A stretch of DNA of 30,641 nucleotides from an uncultured Spirochaetota bacterium (GTDB taxonomy: Bacteria > Spirochaetota > Brevinematia > Brevinematales > JAOACQ01): contig CAWAOD010000002.1 in assembly GCA_963783575.1 (NCBI GenBank), positions 1 through 30,641 of the forward strand. The letters run 5' to 3'. Position 1 is the stretch's first letter. Each line of letters starts with the position of its first letter. A program made the translations under genes and the position numbers. This document shows, in pieces, positions 9,253 through 18,118 of the stretch. The notes beneath the pieces are model-generated. The model was not told where the DNA came from and made no database searches. It was given only the letters and a program-made list of their open reading frames with translations.

Positions 9253-10779
9253 CTATTTACCTCCCGCAATAGCATGCAAGATGCCGTTCTCATTCATTTC
9301 ATTATCACGCAGTTCCCCGATTTTTGCTTTGTCCTTTAAAACAGCAATCCTGTTGCTGCAGCGTACAACCTCCTCAAATTCAGAGGAGATAAATAATACT
9401 CCCATCCCTTCCCTGCTCAGATTAAGTATCAATTCCATAATCTCAAGTTTAGCTCCGACATCTATACCGCGTGTAGGCTCATCCAGGATAAGAGTTTTCG
9501 GCTTTGTAGCAAGCCATCTTGCCAGCATAACTTTCTGCTGATTACCTCCGCTTAATCTTTTAACTGCCTGGTCTTCACTTGGAGTCCTTATCCCTAAAGT
9601 TTTAATAAAATTGTCAGCAATTGCCATCTGTTTTCTTTTTGGTATATATTTAAACATTCCATTTTTACCCTGTAAAGCGAGAATTATATTTTCCCTCACT
9701 GAAAGATCAGGAATGATTCCCTCGCTCTTTCTGTCTTCGGGACAATACCCCATGCCCGCAGAAACTGCATCTTCCGGCGAATTGATATTTGTTTTGGTAT
9801 CATTAATTTTAACTTCGCCATAATCCGCTCTTTCTATCCCAAAGATAAGCCTTGCCATTTCCGTCCTTCCGGAGCCAAGAAGCCCAGCAAGGCCGAGAAT
9901 TTCACCTTCATTGATGTTCAGATCAAAAGGCGAGAGATAACCCTGCTTTCCCATGCCTCTTATTTTAACTATTGGATTTGCCACTTTTGCAGCTGCTCCG
10001 GCTTCTTTTCTCCTTTCATCGTCTCTTCTGGAATAGCTGAATTCCGATAATTCCTTACCCAGCATCTTAGCAATAAGATCAATCTTCGGCAGTGAAGCTG
10101 TTTTATACTCCCCAACCAACACACCATTTTTCAAAACCGTGATACGGTCCGATATCTGGTAAGTCTGGTCCAAAAAATGGGTTATGAATATTATTGCCAT
10201 ACCTTCATCACGCAATTTACGGATTACTTTAAATAACTGATCAACTTCCTTTTCATCAAGACTTGAGGTCGGTTCGTCCAGAATTAAAATCTTGGCAGAC
10301 ATATCCAGTACACGCGCAATAGCTGCCATCTGCTGAATTGCGATGGAACAGGATGATAATACCTGGGTTACATCTATCACTATATTTAACCGTTTTAATA
10401 TTTCTTCCGATTTCCGGTACATCGTCTTCCAGTCAATTCTTCCATATTTCATCGGCTCTTTACCGATAAAAATATTCTCGGCGACTGATAAGTTCGGACA
10501 AAGATTTACTTCCTGATACACTGTGCTGATTCCCAGTTTTTGAGCTTCCAGCGGTGAATCCGGTTTTATAGGTTTCCCTTCTAAAAAAATATCTCCGGAA
10601 TCCTGTTTATGAACTCCTGTCAAAACCTTTATCAAGGTTGACTTCCCGGCTCCGTTCTGGCCCATTATAGCATGAACCTCTCCTTTATAAAGATGGAAAT
10701 CCACATCAGATAAAGCTTTCACTCCAGGAAAATATTTATTAATTTTTTTCATCTCCAATACTGTTATATTCTCAGCCAT
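9253..10779 (-). CDS. ytfR: CUT2-family sugar ABC ATPase with two NBDs (YtfR-like)
   Basis: Walker A GQNGAGKST, Q-loop VYQE, Walker B ILDEPT, H-loop ITHF; second NBD with LSGGNQQ and LDEPTRGIDVGAK. Confidence 0.93.
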   Translation of the reverse strand: MAENITVLEMKKINKYFPGVKALSDVDFHLYKGEVHAIMGQNGAGKSTLIKVLTGVHKQDSGDIFLEGKPIKPDSPLEAQKLGISTVYQEVNLCPNLSVAENIFIGKEPMKYGRIDWKTMYRKSEEILKRLNIVIDVTQVLSSCSIAIQQMAAIARVLDMSAKILILDEPTSSLDEKEVDQLFKVIRKLRDEGMAIIFITHFLDQTYQISDRITVLKNGVLVGEYKTASLPKIDLIAKMLGKELSEFSYSRRDDERRKEAGAAAKVANPIVKIRGMGKQGYLSPFDLNINEGEILGLAGLLGSGRTEMARLIFGIERADYGEVKINDTKTNINSPEDAVSAGMGYCPEDRKSEGIIPDLSVRENIILALQGKNGMFKYIPKRKQMAIADNFIKTLGIRTPSEDQAVKRLSGGNQQKVMLARWLATKPKTLILDEPTRGIDVGAKLEIMELILNLSREGMGVLFISSEFEEVVRCSNRIAVLKDKAKIGELRDNEMNENGILHAIAGGK

Positions 10780-10829
10780 TACATGACCTCCCCAAATTAA
10801 ACCACTAAACTTAATTCCCGGTTTTAAAA

Positions 10830-10853
10830 GACCACCCCTAGTCAGGGGTGGTC
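10830..10853 (-). terminator. Intercistronic stem-loop after the binding-protein gene (partial terminator or mRNA stabiliser)
   Basis: Perfect 10-bp stem GACCACCCCT-AGTC-AGGGGTGGTC, followed by TTTT on the minus strand; a typical position in ABC operons. Confidence 0.7.
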
Positions 10854-10889
10854 ATAATTTATTCAGTTTAAGCTATAACGTTATTAAGA

Positions 10890-11867
10890 TCAATACTGAC
10901 GTGTCGGTAATGCTGCAGCGGCAGTTGTCTCGTCAAAAATACCTTCGATTGTATTGATTTTTGCAGGAAGCTTTTTGCCGGCCATCAGATCTTTAACAGC
11001 CTGTAAAGCCTGGGGTCCAAGAAGAGGATTACATTCTACAGAGCAATTCATTTCACCAGCAACCATAGCTTCGAATGCACCCTTAACACCATCCAAACCA
11101 ATGATAATGATATCTTTTCCGGGTTTGAGACCGGCTTCTTTGATAGCCTGTATGGCGCCGAGAGCCATTCCATCGTTATGAGCATATAAAACCTGGATGG
11201 TTTTGTCGGCTTTCAGAAAAGCTTCCATAACGGCTTTACCTTCAGCAACTGTAAAGTTACCGGTCTGAGAACGGGTAATCTTCCAATTGGGATGGTTAGC
11301 AGCCATAACGGTCCTGAAGCCTGCAGCTCTCTCGATAGCAGGAGCAGAGCCGGTGGTTCCCTGAAGTTCGACTATGTTAATCGGCTTCGTGCCGTCATCG
11401 ATACCTTTCTTCTTTAAATAGTCACCCAGCCATGTAGCGGCTTTTTCGCCTTCTTTCGTAAAATCGGAACCCATAATGGTCAATCTTAAATCCCTGTCTT
11501 CTTTTGCAACATCTCTATCAATCATTATAACAGGAATCTTGGCTTTTTTAGCTTCTTCAAGAACCGGGCGATAACCGGTTTCAACAATAGCAGTAAAAAC
11601 AATTACATCAACTTTTCTGGTAATAAAAGATCTTAAAGCCTTAATCTGGTTTTCCTGCTTCTGCTGTGCATCGGAGTAGATAAGAATCATATTGGGATCG
11701 TCATTGAAAGTATTCTGAACAGAAACGGTATCGGCATCTCTCCATTCGCTTTCAGAACCAACCTGTGCGAAACCGACTACAATTTTTCCGCCGACTTTAG
11801 CGAAACTAACCGAGAATACAACCATTGCTGCGGTCAACAACAACAAACCTTTTAGCCACTTGTTCAT
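10890..11867 (-). CDS. ytfQ: YtfQ-like periplasmic sugar binding protein (copy 1)
   Basis: Signal peptide ending VSFA; VGFAQVGSESEWR, SDAQQKQENQIKALRSFI, HNDGMALGAIQAI, VECNPLLGP. Start placed at ATG 11867 (AGGAGG RBS). Confidence 0.9.
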   Translation of the reverse strand: MNKWLKGLLLLTAAMVVFSVSFAKVGGKIVVGFAQVGSESEWRDADTVSVQNTFNDDPNMILIYSDAQQKQENQIKALRSFITRKVDVIVFTAIVETGYRPVLEEAKKAKIPVIMIDRDVAKEDRDLRLTIMGSDFTKEGEKAATWLGDYLKKKGIDDGTKPINIVELQGTTGSAPAIERAAGFRTVMAANHPNWKITRSQTGNFTVAEGKAVMEAFLKADKTIQVLYAHNDGMALGAIQAIKEAGLKPGKDIIIIGLDGVKGAFEAMVAGEMNCSVECNPLLGPQALQAVKDLMAGKKLPAKINTIEGIFDETTAAAALPTRQY

Positions 11868-12102
11868 AAACAATCCTCCTAAAATTTTTATGTCTTTCGA
11901 CACTTCTTTCTTTTCTTTATTAATTTACTACTAATAAAGAAAAGACTCATAAAACAACACCTTCCGACACCCATCATTTAAAAACGATGAATATCCCGCC
12001 ATCCGCTTACATATAATCCTCCTTTATATTTTGCTCCCATCATTACCAAAAGAGGTAATCTGAAAACAAAATTATTTTTAAATTAAAAGAATTATAATCA
12101 GC

Positions 12103-12753
12103 TTATTTTGAAACATTCAAAAATTTGTAAATATTCTGACCTGTAAATAATTTTTCAATATCAAACTTGAGCGGTCCTATTACATTGCTGACAGCTCCAT
12201 TGGGATATGCAAGCAGTAATGTGTTATTTATTGCAATGATTGTGACTTTTCCTTTAATATCCAACCGGTCTCCATATTTAATATCCTTCTCGTTTCCATT
12301 TGCATCTGCATATATTTGCCTTCCAAGGTATTGTTTGACCACAAGTTTGTTTTTAAATGACGGATCGGTTTTGTCGCTTACTTTCGGAAAACTGACGAAT
12401 CTCGGTTTTTCCTTTGAAATTTCCCCTGCTTTTTTAATCACATCTCCCTTATCGCTTCCATCAATCTCATATACAGCAGTAGGATTATTCGCAGGTGTTA
12501 ACTCTACCCAATCCCTATCAACATTGACCCTGATTTCCGCATTGGCAGGTATTGAATCGCCGACTTTAATAACCACCCAATCTCCGGTTCCAACCCTATA
12601 GCTTACATGACCATCTTCAGTTTCAGAATAGAGACCCACAACTGCTAGAGGGCCGCTTTTAGCGGAAGTCTGCTTTTGAGCGGAATATAATCCGGTTATT
12701 GAAATTAATAGAAGAAATGAAAAAACTGAAATACCTGTTTTTAATAATCTCAT
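12103..12753 (-). CDS. Secreted hypothetical beta-rich protein with an apparent internal duplication
   Basis: 216 aa ORF with GAGGAG RBS and Sec signal peptide (…GLYSA); first gene downstream of the sigma-54 promoter. Confidence 0.75.
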   Translation of the reverse strand: MRLLKTGISVFSFLLLISITGLYSAQKQTSAKSGPLAVVGLYSETEDGHVSYRVGTGDWVVIKVGDSIPANAEIRVNVDRDWVELTPANNPTAVYEIDGSDKGDVIKKAGEISKEKPRFVSFPKVSDKTDPSFKNKLVVKQYLGRQIYADANGNEKDIKYGDRLDIKGKVTIIAINNTLLLAYPNGAVSNVIGPLKFDIEKLFTGQNIYKFLNVSK

Positions 12754-12845
12754 TTTATTCTCCTCAATCTATATTTGATATACAATAAATAAAAAAAGTA
12801 GAAAAGTAAAGTAATTACATAAAATACTTTATTATTCAAAATTAT

Positions 12846-12861
12846 TGCAATTTACTTGCCA
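12846..12861 (-). promoter_or_regulatory. Sigma-54 (-24/-12) promoter for the hypothetical-ytfQRT-yjfF operon
   Basis: Minus strand TGGCAAG-TAAA-TTGCA matches consensus TGGCACG-N4-TTGCW with exact spacing; a bEBP gene is divergently adjacent. Confidence 0.85.
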
Positions 12862-13074
12862 ATAAATATTGAATTATAAGGAATCATTTCATTAAATTAT
12901 ATTATTAATATTTTAACTGATTTAATATATATCCTAACTAATTACTAATTAAATAGATAAGAATTATTTTAATGTATATTTTTTATTCGGAATTGAAACA
13001 AATTAATATTTAAAACTTGTTTTTAATAAAAAAATATTTATCTGCTACAAATTTTTAAATAAAATTATCTTTTA

Positions 13075-13127
13075 ATTGTATAAATAATACACATTTTCTA
13101 TGTATAATTATGTATATTATTTACACA
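13075..13127. promoter_or_regulatory. Tandem candidate enhancer (UAS) sites TGTA-N7-TACACA
   Basis: ATTGTA-TAAATAA-TACACA (13075-13093) and TATGTA-TATTATT-TACACA (13109-13127), 34 bp apart; the same motif occurs with perfect palindromic arms at 13338-13356. Confidence 0.6.
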
Positions 13128-13222
13128 TAGAAAAATATCGATTTACTTTAAATTTTTACTCAAATATAATAATTCATTGAAAATACAGAAATAAACAAAT
13201 AAAAAGGTAAATTATTAATAAA

Positions 13223-13238
13223 TGGCACACTTCTTGAT
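13223..13238 (+). promoter_or_regulatory. Possible second, divergent sigma-54 promoter (variant -12)
   Basis: TGGCACA-CTTC-TTGAT: good -24 element and correct spacing, but GA instead of GC at -12. Confidence 0.4.
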
Positions 13239-13318
13239 TAATTTATTTTACCATGTTTGTTAATAAAATATATAACAGTTTAATGGTTTTAATTTAGTAG
13301 TAATTACAATAATTATTG

Positions 13319-13356
13319 TTGACAACAATTACCAAACTGTGTAGAATTATTACACA
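13319..13356 (+). promoter_or_regulatory. Sigma-70 promoter of the two-component operon overlapped by a palindromic operator
   Basis: TTGACA (13319-13324)-N17-TAGAAT (13342-13347); palindrome TGTGTA-N7-TACACA at 13338-13356. Confidence 0.7.
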
Positions 13357-14720
13357 TGAGTATATTATTTATTGAGAATATAATGAATAATTCTATTTTG
13401 ATTATCGATGATAATGTCAAATTAAGTCAAAGCCTGAGCCAGAATTTCGAACCTCTCGGATATAAATGTTTTACAAGTACAAATTGTTCCGAAGCGCTTG
13501 ATATCCTATCAAAACATCAGATAAAAATCGTTTTACTGGATATTGTCCTTGGAGAAGAAGATGGGATGGCGGTGCTTAGTAAAATTGTTTCATTAAACTT
13601 ATCAATACATGTTATAATGATCACCGGTTTTGGAACTATTGAAACAGCAGTCCAATCAATAAAATGCGGGGCTTTTGATTATGTCCAAAAACCTCTTGAT
13701 TTCAATAAACTGCTGAAAATTATAGAGAACGCATTCAGAATATCCAATCTTCAGGAAGAAAATCAAAGTTTAAAAAAACAAATTTTTGAGCTTTCTCCGA
13801 AAATGATCACACAGAATAAAAAGATGATAGAAGTTTGTAATACCGCAAAAAGATTGGCAAATACAAATATACCGATATTAATTTGCGGTGAGAATGGAAC
13901 AGGAAAAGAATTGCTGGCTGATTTTATACACAAAAATTCCACACGAAGCGCTTTTCCAATGATCAAGATAAACTGTGCCGCATTTCCGGAAAATTTACTG
14001 GATAACGAGCTTTTCGGTCATGAAAAGGGTGCATTTACAGGAGCAAATTCTTATTTTAAAGGAGTCTTTGAAAAGGCGAATAAAAGCACCTTATTACTGG
14101 ATGAAATAGGTGATATGTCTCTGGCTACACAGGCAAAAATTTTAAGAACACTGCAGAATCAGGAAATTAAAAGAATCGGCGGAAATGAAACAATAAAAGT
14201 TGATGTTCGTTTTATTGCCGCGACAAATAAAGACTTAAAAAAGCTCATTGACGAAAAATTATTCAGAGAGGACCTTTTTTATCGGCTAAACGCCGCTTCC
14301 ATTAATATTCCGTCGTTAAGGGAACATATGGATGATATTTCTCTTTTAATCGATAATTTTTTAAAGGAATTTTCAAACAATAATAAAAAAAATGTAGAAA
14401 AGGTCAGTAATGAAGTAATGGAATTGTTTCTTGAATATCAATGGCCAGGAAATATCAGGGAACTTAAAAATGTTATTAATTATTCGGCGGCTCTTTCAAC
14501 AAACAATCAAATCGATATTGAAGACCTGCCAGTGTCTTTTAAAGTCAGTGAAATCTCTGAAGAAAATGAAGATATACTCGAAAATAATGAAAAAAGACTT
14601 ATAATAAAGATACTTCAAAAAACAAATTTCAATAAAAAGAAAGCCGCTGAAATATTAAATATAAGCAGAAAAACACTTTATAATAAACTGGAGAAATATG
14701 AAATTAACATCTCAGAATAG
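13356..14720 (+). CDS. Sigma-54-dependent response regulator (NtrC/AtoC family: REC-AAA+-Fis HTH)
   Basis: REC domain (IIDD, LLDI, ITGFG, KP), Walker A GENGTGKE, GAFTGA motif, LLLDEIG, FREDLFYRL, WPGNIREL, HTH KAAEILNISRKTLYNKL. The true start may be ATG 13383. Confidence 0.95.
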   Translation: MSILFIENIMNNSILIIDDNVKLSQSLSQNFEPLGYKCFTSTNCSEALDILSKHQIKIVLLDIVLGEEDGMAVLSKIVSLNLSIHVIMITGFGTIETAVQSIKCGAFDYVQKPLDFNKLLKIIENAFRISNLQEENQSLKKQIFELSPKMITQNKKMIEVCNTAKRLANTNIPILICGENGTGKELLADFIHKNSTRSAFPMIKINCAAFPENLLDNELFGHEKGAFTGANSYFKGVFEKANKSTLLLDEIGDMSLATQAKILRTLQNQEIKRIGGNETIKVDVRFIAATNKDLKKLIDEKLFREDLFYRLNAASINIPSLREHMDDISLLIDNFLKEFSNNNKKNVEKVSNEVMELFLEYQWPGNIRELKNVINYSAALSTNNQIDIEDLPVSFKVSEISEENEDILENNEKRLIIKILQKTNFNKKKAAEILNISRKTLYNKLEKYEINISE

Positions 14721-16548
14721 AATGGACCAGGATAATCCGTTATTAAAACTTACAAATATTTGTCTGAAACAGGAAAATACATCGGTCCTTAAAGAAATTA
14801 ATATTGAAATTAAGCGCTCCGAAGTGCATGCTTTGGTTGGAGAACATGGATCAGGGAAATCATCTCTTGGTTATATCATCAGCGGAATGCAGAGGCCGAA
14901 TTCAGGCGATATATTTTATAAGAACAAACATTATAATTATTTGAATATTAATAATGCCAGAAAATTAAATATTGTAATGGTTTTACAGCAGATATACCTG
15001 CTGGATTATTTTACCGTGGCAGAAAATATCCTTATCCCTGATAAAATCACACATTCCTTTCCATTTTTAAGAAAAAAACACATCTTTCAGGAAGCTAAAA
15101 CTCTTCTGGAAGCCAACGGTTTCATGATTGATCCTCATATGCTTGTAAAAGACCTCCAGTTGTCTGATAAAATGGTAATTCACATTTTGAGAAGTATTTA
15201 TAGAAAACCTGATCTTTTGATACTGGATTCCGTGCTGGAAAAGTTAGCCTCATATGATATGGAGCTTATCAAGGGTCTCTTAATAAAATTAAAAAATCAG
15301 GGTACAGCGATGCTATACATCACAAACCGTATTGACGACGTTTATGATATCGCAGACAAAGTCACAATTATTAGAAACGGCGAAATATTACTTACCGATG
15401 CCGTTAGAAATATAGACAGGATCAACCTCATAAAGCTCTGCTATGCTCAAATTACCAAAAGCCAAAGTGCGGAAAATATAAACCAGGAATTTTACCAGCT
15501 TTTAAAATATAACGAGGCAATATTGCAGAAACTTCCGGTAAATCTTATAGTCACAGATAATGAAAACAGAATTAAAATGATAAATGAATTTGGGATTGTC
15601 TACTTTCATCTGGGGAAATCACCATATATTAATGTTCTTCTGGACGATCTTTTCGGTAAAAAAAACAGGGAAGCCCTGAAACTAATTAAGAGCGCATTGT
15701 CCGACAAGCAGGAAAAGGCTTATTTCAGTGTTCCCATGACAGTAAAAGATTCCAAGAATATTACAAATATCAAAACCTTCCCAATCTATGATGGTACATT
15801 CTTAATCGGAAACATTATAATAATAGAAGACATATCAAAACAGGAAAATCTCAGGCAGCAGGTGATCCTTTCCGAAAAATTAGCTTCAGTCGGGCTGCTT
15901 GCCGCGGGGGTGGCTCACGAAATAAATAACCCGCTTGAAATAATCTATAATTATTTAAATTATTTAAAATTCAACCTGAATAAGGAATCCATTCAAAAAA
16001 CCGTCAAAAATCTTGAAGAAGAAATAGCTTATATAAAACAAATTGTTGGTAATCTTATCTCGTTTTCTGACAGTAATAAAATCACGAATGAGGATTTTAA
16101 TGTCCATGATTTAATCCAGAGCCTGTTGAATCTTATAAAATATAACGCGAAGCATAAGCATATCTCTATGAAATACCTGCCTTCGGATTCGCCGATCTCG
16201 ATAAAAGCAAATAAAAACGAGATTAAACAGGTAATACTGAATTTAATAAAAAACAGCTTTGAAGCTATGCCGGACGGAGGCATTATAAATATAGAAACAC
16301 AAATTACCGAATCCGGCAGTTTGAAATTTGCCAATATCATCATTCGTGATACCGGACCCGGGATTAAAGAAGAAAACCTTCACAACATATTCCTCCCGTT
16401 CTACTCAACTAAAAAAGGTGGCAGCGGCCAGAACCTTGGACTTGGCCTTTCTGTCAGTTACGGTATCATAAAAAAGTACAACGGCGAGATCAGCATAATG
16501 AACCTGAAAGGAGCAGGCTGTGAATTCAGGATAATCCTGCCGCTGTAA
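14698..16548 (+). CDS. Soluble hybrid sensor: degenerate sugar-ABC ATPase domain + PAS-like domain + histidine kinase
   Basis: aa ~15-245 resemble the first NBD of CUT2 ATPases (EVHALVGEHGSGKSSL, TVAENIL, ADKVTIIRNGE); PAS-like ILQKLPVNLIVTD...KMIN; H-box LAAGVAHEINNPL; N-box NLIKNSFEAM, G1 DTGPGI, F IFLPFYSTK, G2 GLGL; no TM segment. Alternative start ATG 14722. Confidence 0.9.
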   Translation: MKLTSQNRMDQDNPLLKLTNICLKQENTSVLKEINIEIKRSEVHALVGEHGSGKSSLGYIISGMQRPNSGDIFYKNKHYNYLNINNARKLNIVMVLQQIYLLDYFTVAENILIPDKITHSFPFLRKKHIFQEAKTLLEANGFMIDPHMLVKDLQLSDKMVIHILRSIYRKPDLLILDSVLEKLASYDMELIKGLLIKLKNQGTAMLYITNRIDDVYDIADKVTIIRNGEILLTDAVRNIDRINLIKLCYAQITKSQSAENINQEFYQLLKYNEAILQKLPVNLIVTDNENRIKMINEFGIVYFHLGKSPYINVLLDDLFGKKNREALKLIKSALSDKQEKAYFSVPMTVKDSKNITNIKTFPIYDGTFLIGNIIIIEDISKQENLRQQVILSEKLASVGLLAAGVAHEINNPLEIIYNYLNYLKFNLNKESIQKTVKNLEEEIAYIKQIVGNLISFSDSNKITNEDFNVHDLIQSLLNLIKYNAKHKHISMKYLPSDSPISIKANKNEIKQVILNLIKNSFEAMPDGGIINIETQITESGSLKFANIIIRDTGPGIKEENLHNIFLPFYSTKKGGSGQNLGLGLSVSYGIIKKYNGEISIMNLKGAGCEFRIILPL

Positions 16549-16689
16549 ACTCTTATCCTTGCCACATTTTTTGTATTATTTTTGGTTTATAATTATAATT
16601 TTTATGCTTAAAAAAAATATTTATCAAAAACTTCAGTTTTTTAATAATTACGATAGTATTATAATAATAGGAATAGAAGGAGTTGGAAT

Positions 16690-18012
16690 ATGAATAGGAT
16701 TTTTAAAATTCTAACGGTGATTTTTGTTGTGTCAAATGCACTTTTTATTTTCAGTACTTGCTCGCAGACACCGGCAAACAATTCTTCTAGCAGTACGGCA
16801 AGCAGTTCGTCAATCGGTACGAAGTATGGATATTATAAGGTCGGAGTAGGTAACCTGAAAAGCTTGCATTTGTCTAAAGCGGGCTCTAAAGATAATTTCA
16901 CAAGTATATCCAAGGCAGTCATTACAATTGTCGATTCTCAGGGCCAGTTAGTTACCGATTCGGATGTTGTTGAGCTTTTTGATTTTGGCGGTACTTATCT
17001 GAGCGCGTCAATTCAGATTCCTGCCGGTACATACAAATTGACCCGGTACCTGATCGCAGATTCGTATAACAGGATTCTCTATGCAACCCCGATTACAAAT
17101 TCCCTCCTGGCGGCAAATGTGGCAAACCCGCTTCCGATTGAGTTTACGGTTTCGGAAAGTGCTACAACAAATGTTATTGCAGATATCATCCAGGTTTACA
17201 ATCATACTGGCACTGATTTTGGTTACGCGGGATTTACATTGCCTACAAATGCATTAACAAATCAACTGCCTTTCCCTTCGCAAACGACAATCTATTCTTA
17301 TTCAATTGGATCCAATGGAAATTACCTTTATGGATATCAATACCAGGGGTATTTTTCATATTACGGCAATAATGGTAATAAGAATTATAATACAGTTGAT
17401 GGTCAGATGAATAACGGCGATGATGTTGTGACTGGCTGGTGGAAAGACCAGTCGAACGCGAATTTCGGTTCATGGCAAAGTGGGGCTGGAGCAGACGGGC
17501 AATGGTTTACCTCCGATGATGTCATTCAGCATTGGGAAGATTGGACAGTATCGAGCTATCACACGATTTATACAGCCGCCGGCCCGGATGGAATATGGTT
17601 TACATCGGATGATATACAAACCGAATGTTATAAAGATAGTTTTGATGCTGAAGGAAATACTGTCAGAAGAGTACACTATACGAATGCGGGTGCGAATGGA
17701 ATATGGAATGACAGCGATGATGTTATAGGCCCTGATTGGTTTGGCTGCTGGTATACAAATTTCTATGACGGCACAAACAACAGGTGGTGGAGCTGGACAA
17801 AACAGATCAGGTATGATGGACCCGGGCCTGGTGGAGTATGGTTAACAGCGAATGACCATGTCAAAGAGTGGGTAGTTCATGAGTTTTCAGATACCCGGTT
17901 CTCTAAATTTTGGACAAAAGAAACATATTATACTGATGCCGGACCGGATGGAATTATGTTTACAGCAGATGATGTACCATATCAGTATAACATTGCTACA
18001 AATATACAATAA
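16690..18012 (+). CDS. Putative lipoprotein with repeated G-x-D-G-x-W-x-T-x-D-D motifs
   Basis: AGGAG RBS; signal peptide ending FSTC (Cys24), then a Ser-rich linker; beta-rich N-terminal domain; six imperfect repeats in the C-terminal half. Confidence 0.75.
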   Translation: MNRIFKILTVIFVVSNALFIFSTCSQTPANNSSSSTASSSSIGTKYGYYKVGVGNLKSLHLSKAGSKDNFTSISKAVITIVDSQGQLVTDSDVVELFDFGGTYLSASIQIPAGTYKLTRYLIADSYNRILYATPITNSLLAANVANPLPIEFTVSESATTNVIADIIQVYNHTGTDFGYAGFTLPTNALTNQLPFPSQTTIYSYSIGSNGNYLYGYQYQGYFSYYGNNGNKNYNTVDGQMNNGDDVVTGWWKDQSNANFGSWQSGAGADGQWFTSDDVIQHWEDWTVSSYHTIYTAAGPDGIWFTSDDIQTECYKDSFDAEGNTVRRVHYTNAGANGIWNDSDDVIGPDWFGCWYTNFYDGTNNRWWSWTKQIRYDGPGPGGVWLTANDHVKEWVVHEFSDTRFSKFWTKETYYTDAGPDGIMFTADDVPYQYNIATNIQ

Positions 18013-18027
18013 GCTTTATTAAATTTC

Positions 18028-18056
18028 TTCCCGCCCCGCATTGCGCGGGGTGGGAA
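18028..18056. terminator. GC-rich hairpin between convergent genes (possible bidirectional terminator)
   Basis: TTCCCGCCCCGC-ATTGC-GCGGGGTGGGAA, a 12-bp stem with one imperfect pair. Confidence 0.65.
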
Positions 18057-18118
18057 TAATATTTTCTTGCCACAGATACAAATGTGATTCAGCAAATTAA
18101 TCAGATCAGCTTTATTTA

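Noticed and set aside
12870..13320. Very AT-rich stretch as a possible replication origin or foreign insert
   Set aside because: No DnaA-box cluster or mobility genes seen; adequately explained as the divergent sigma-54/sigma-70 control region.
17392..17979. Possible CRISPR-like or DNA tandem repeat
   Set aside because: Repeats are conserved at protein level only, lie in frame within a CDS and have variable codons; no cas genes are present.
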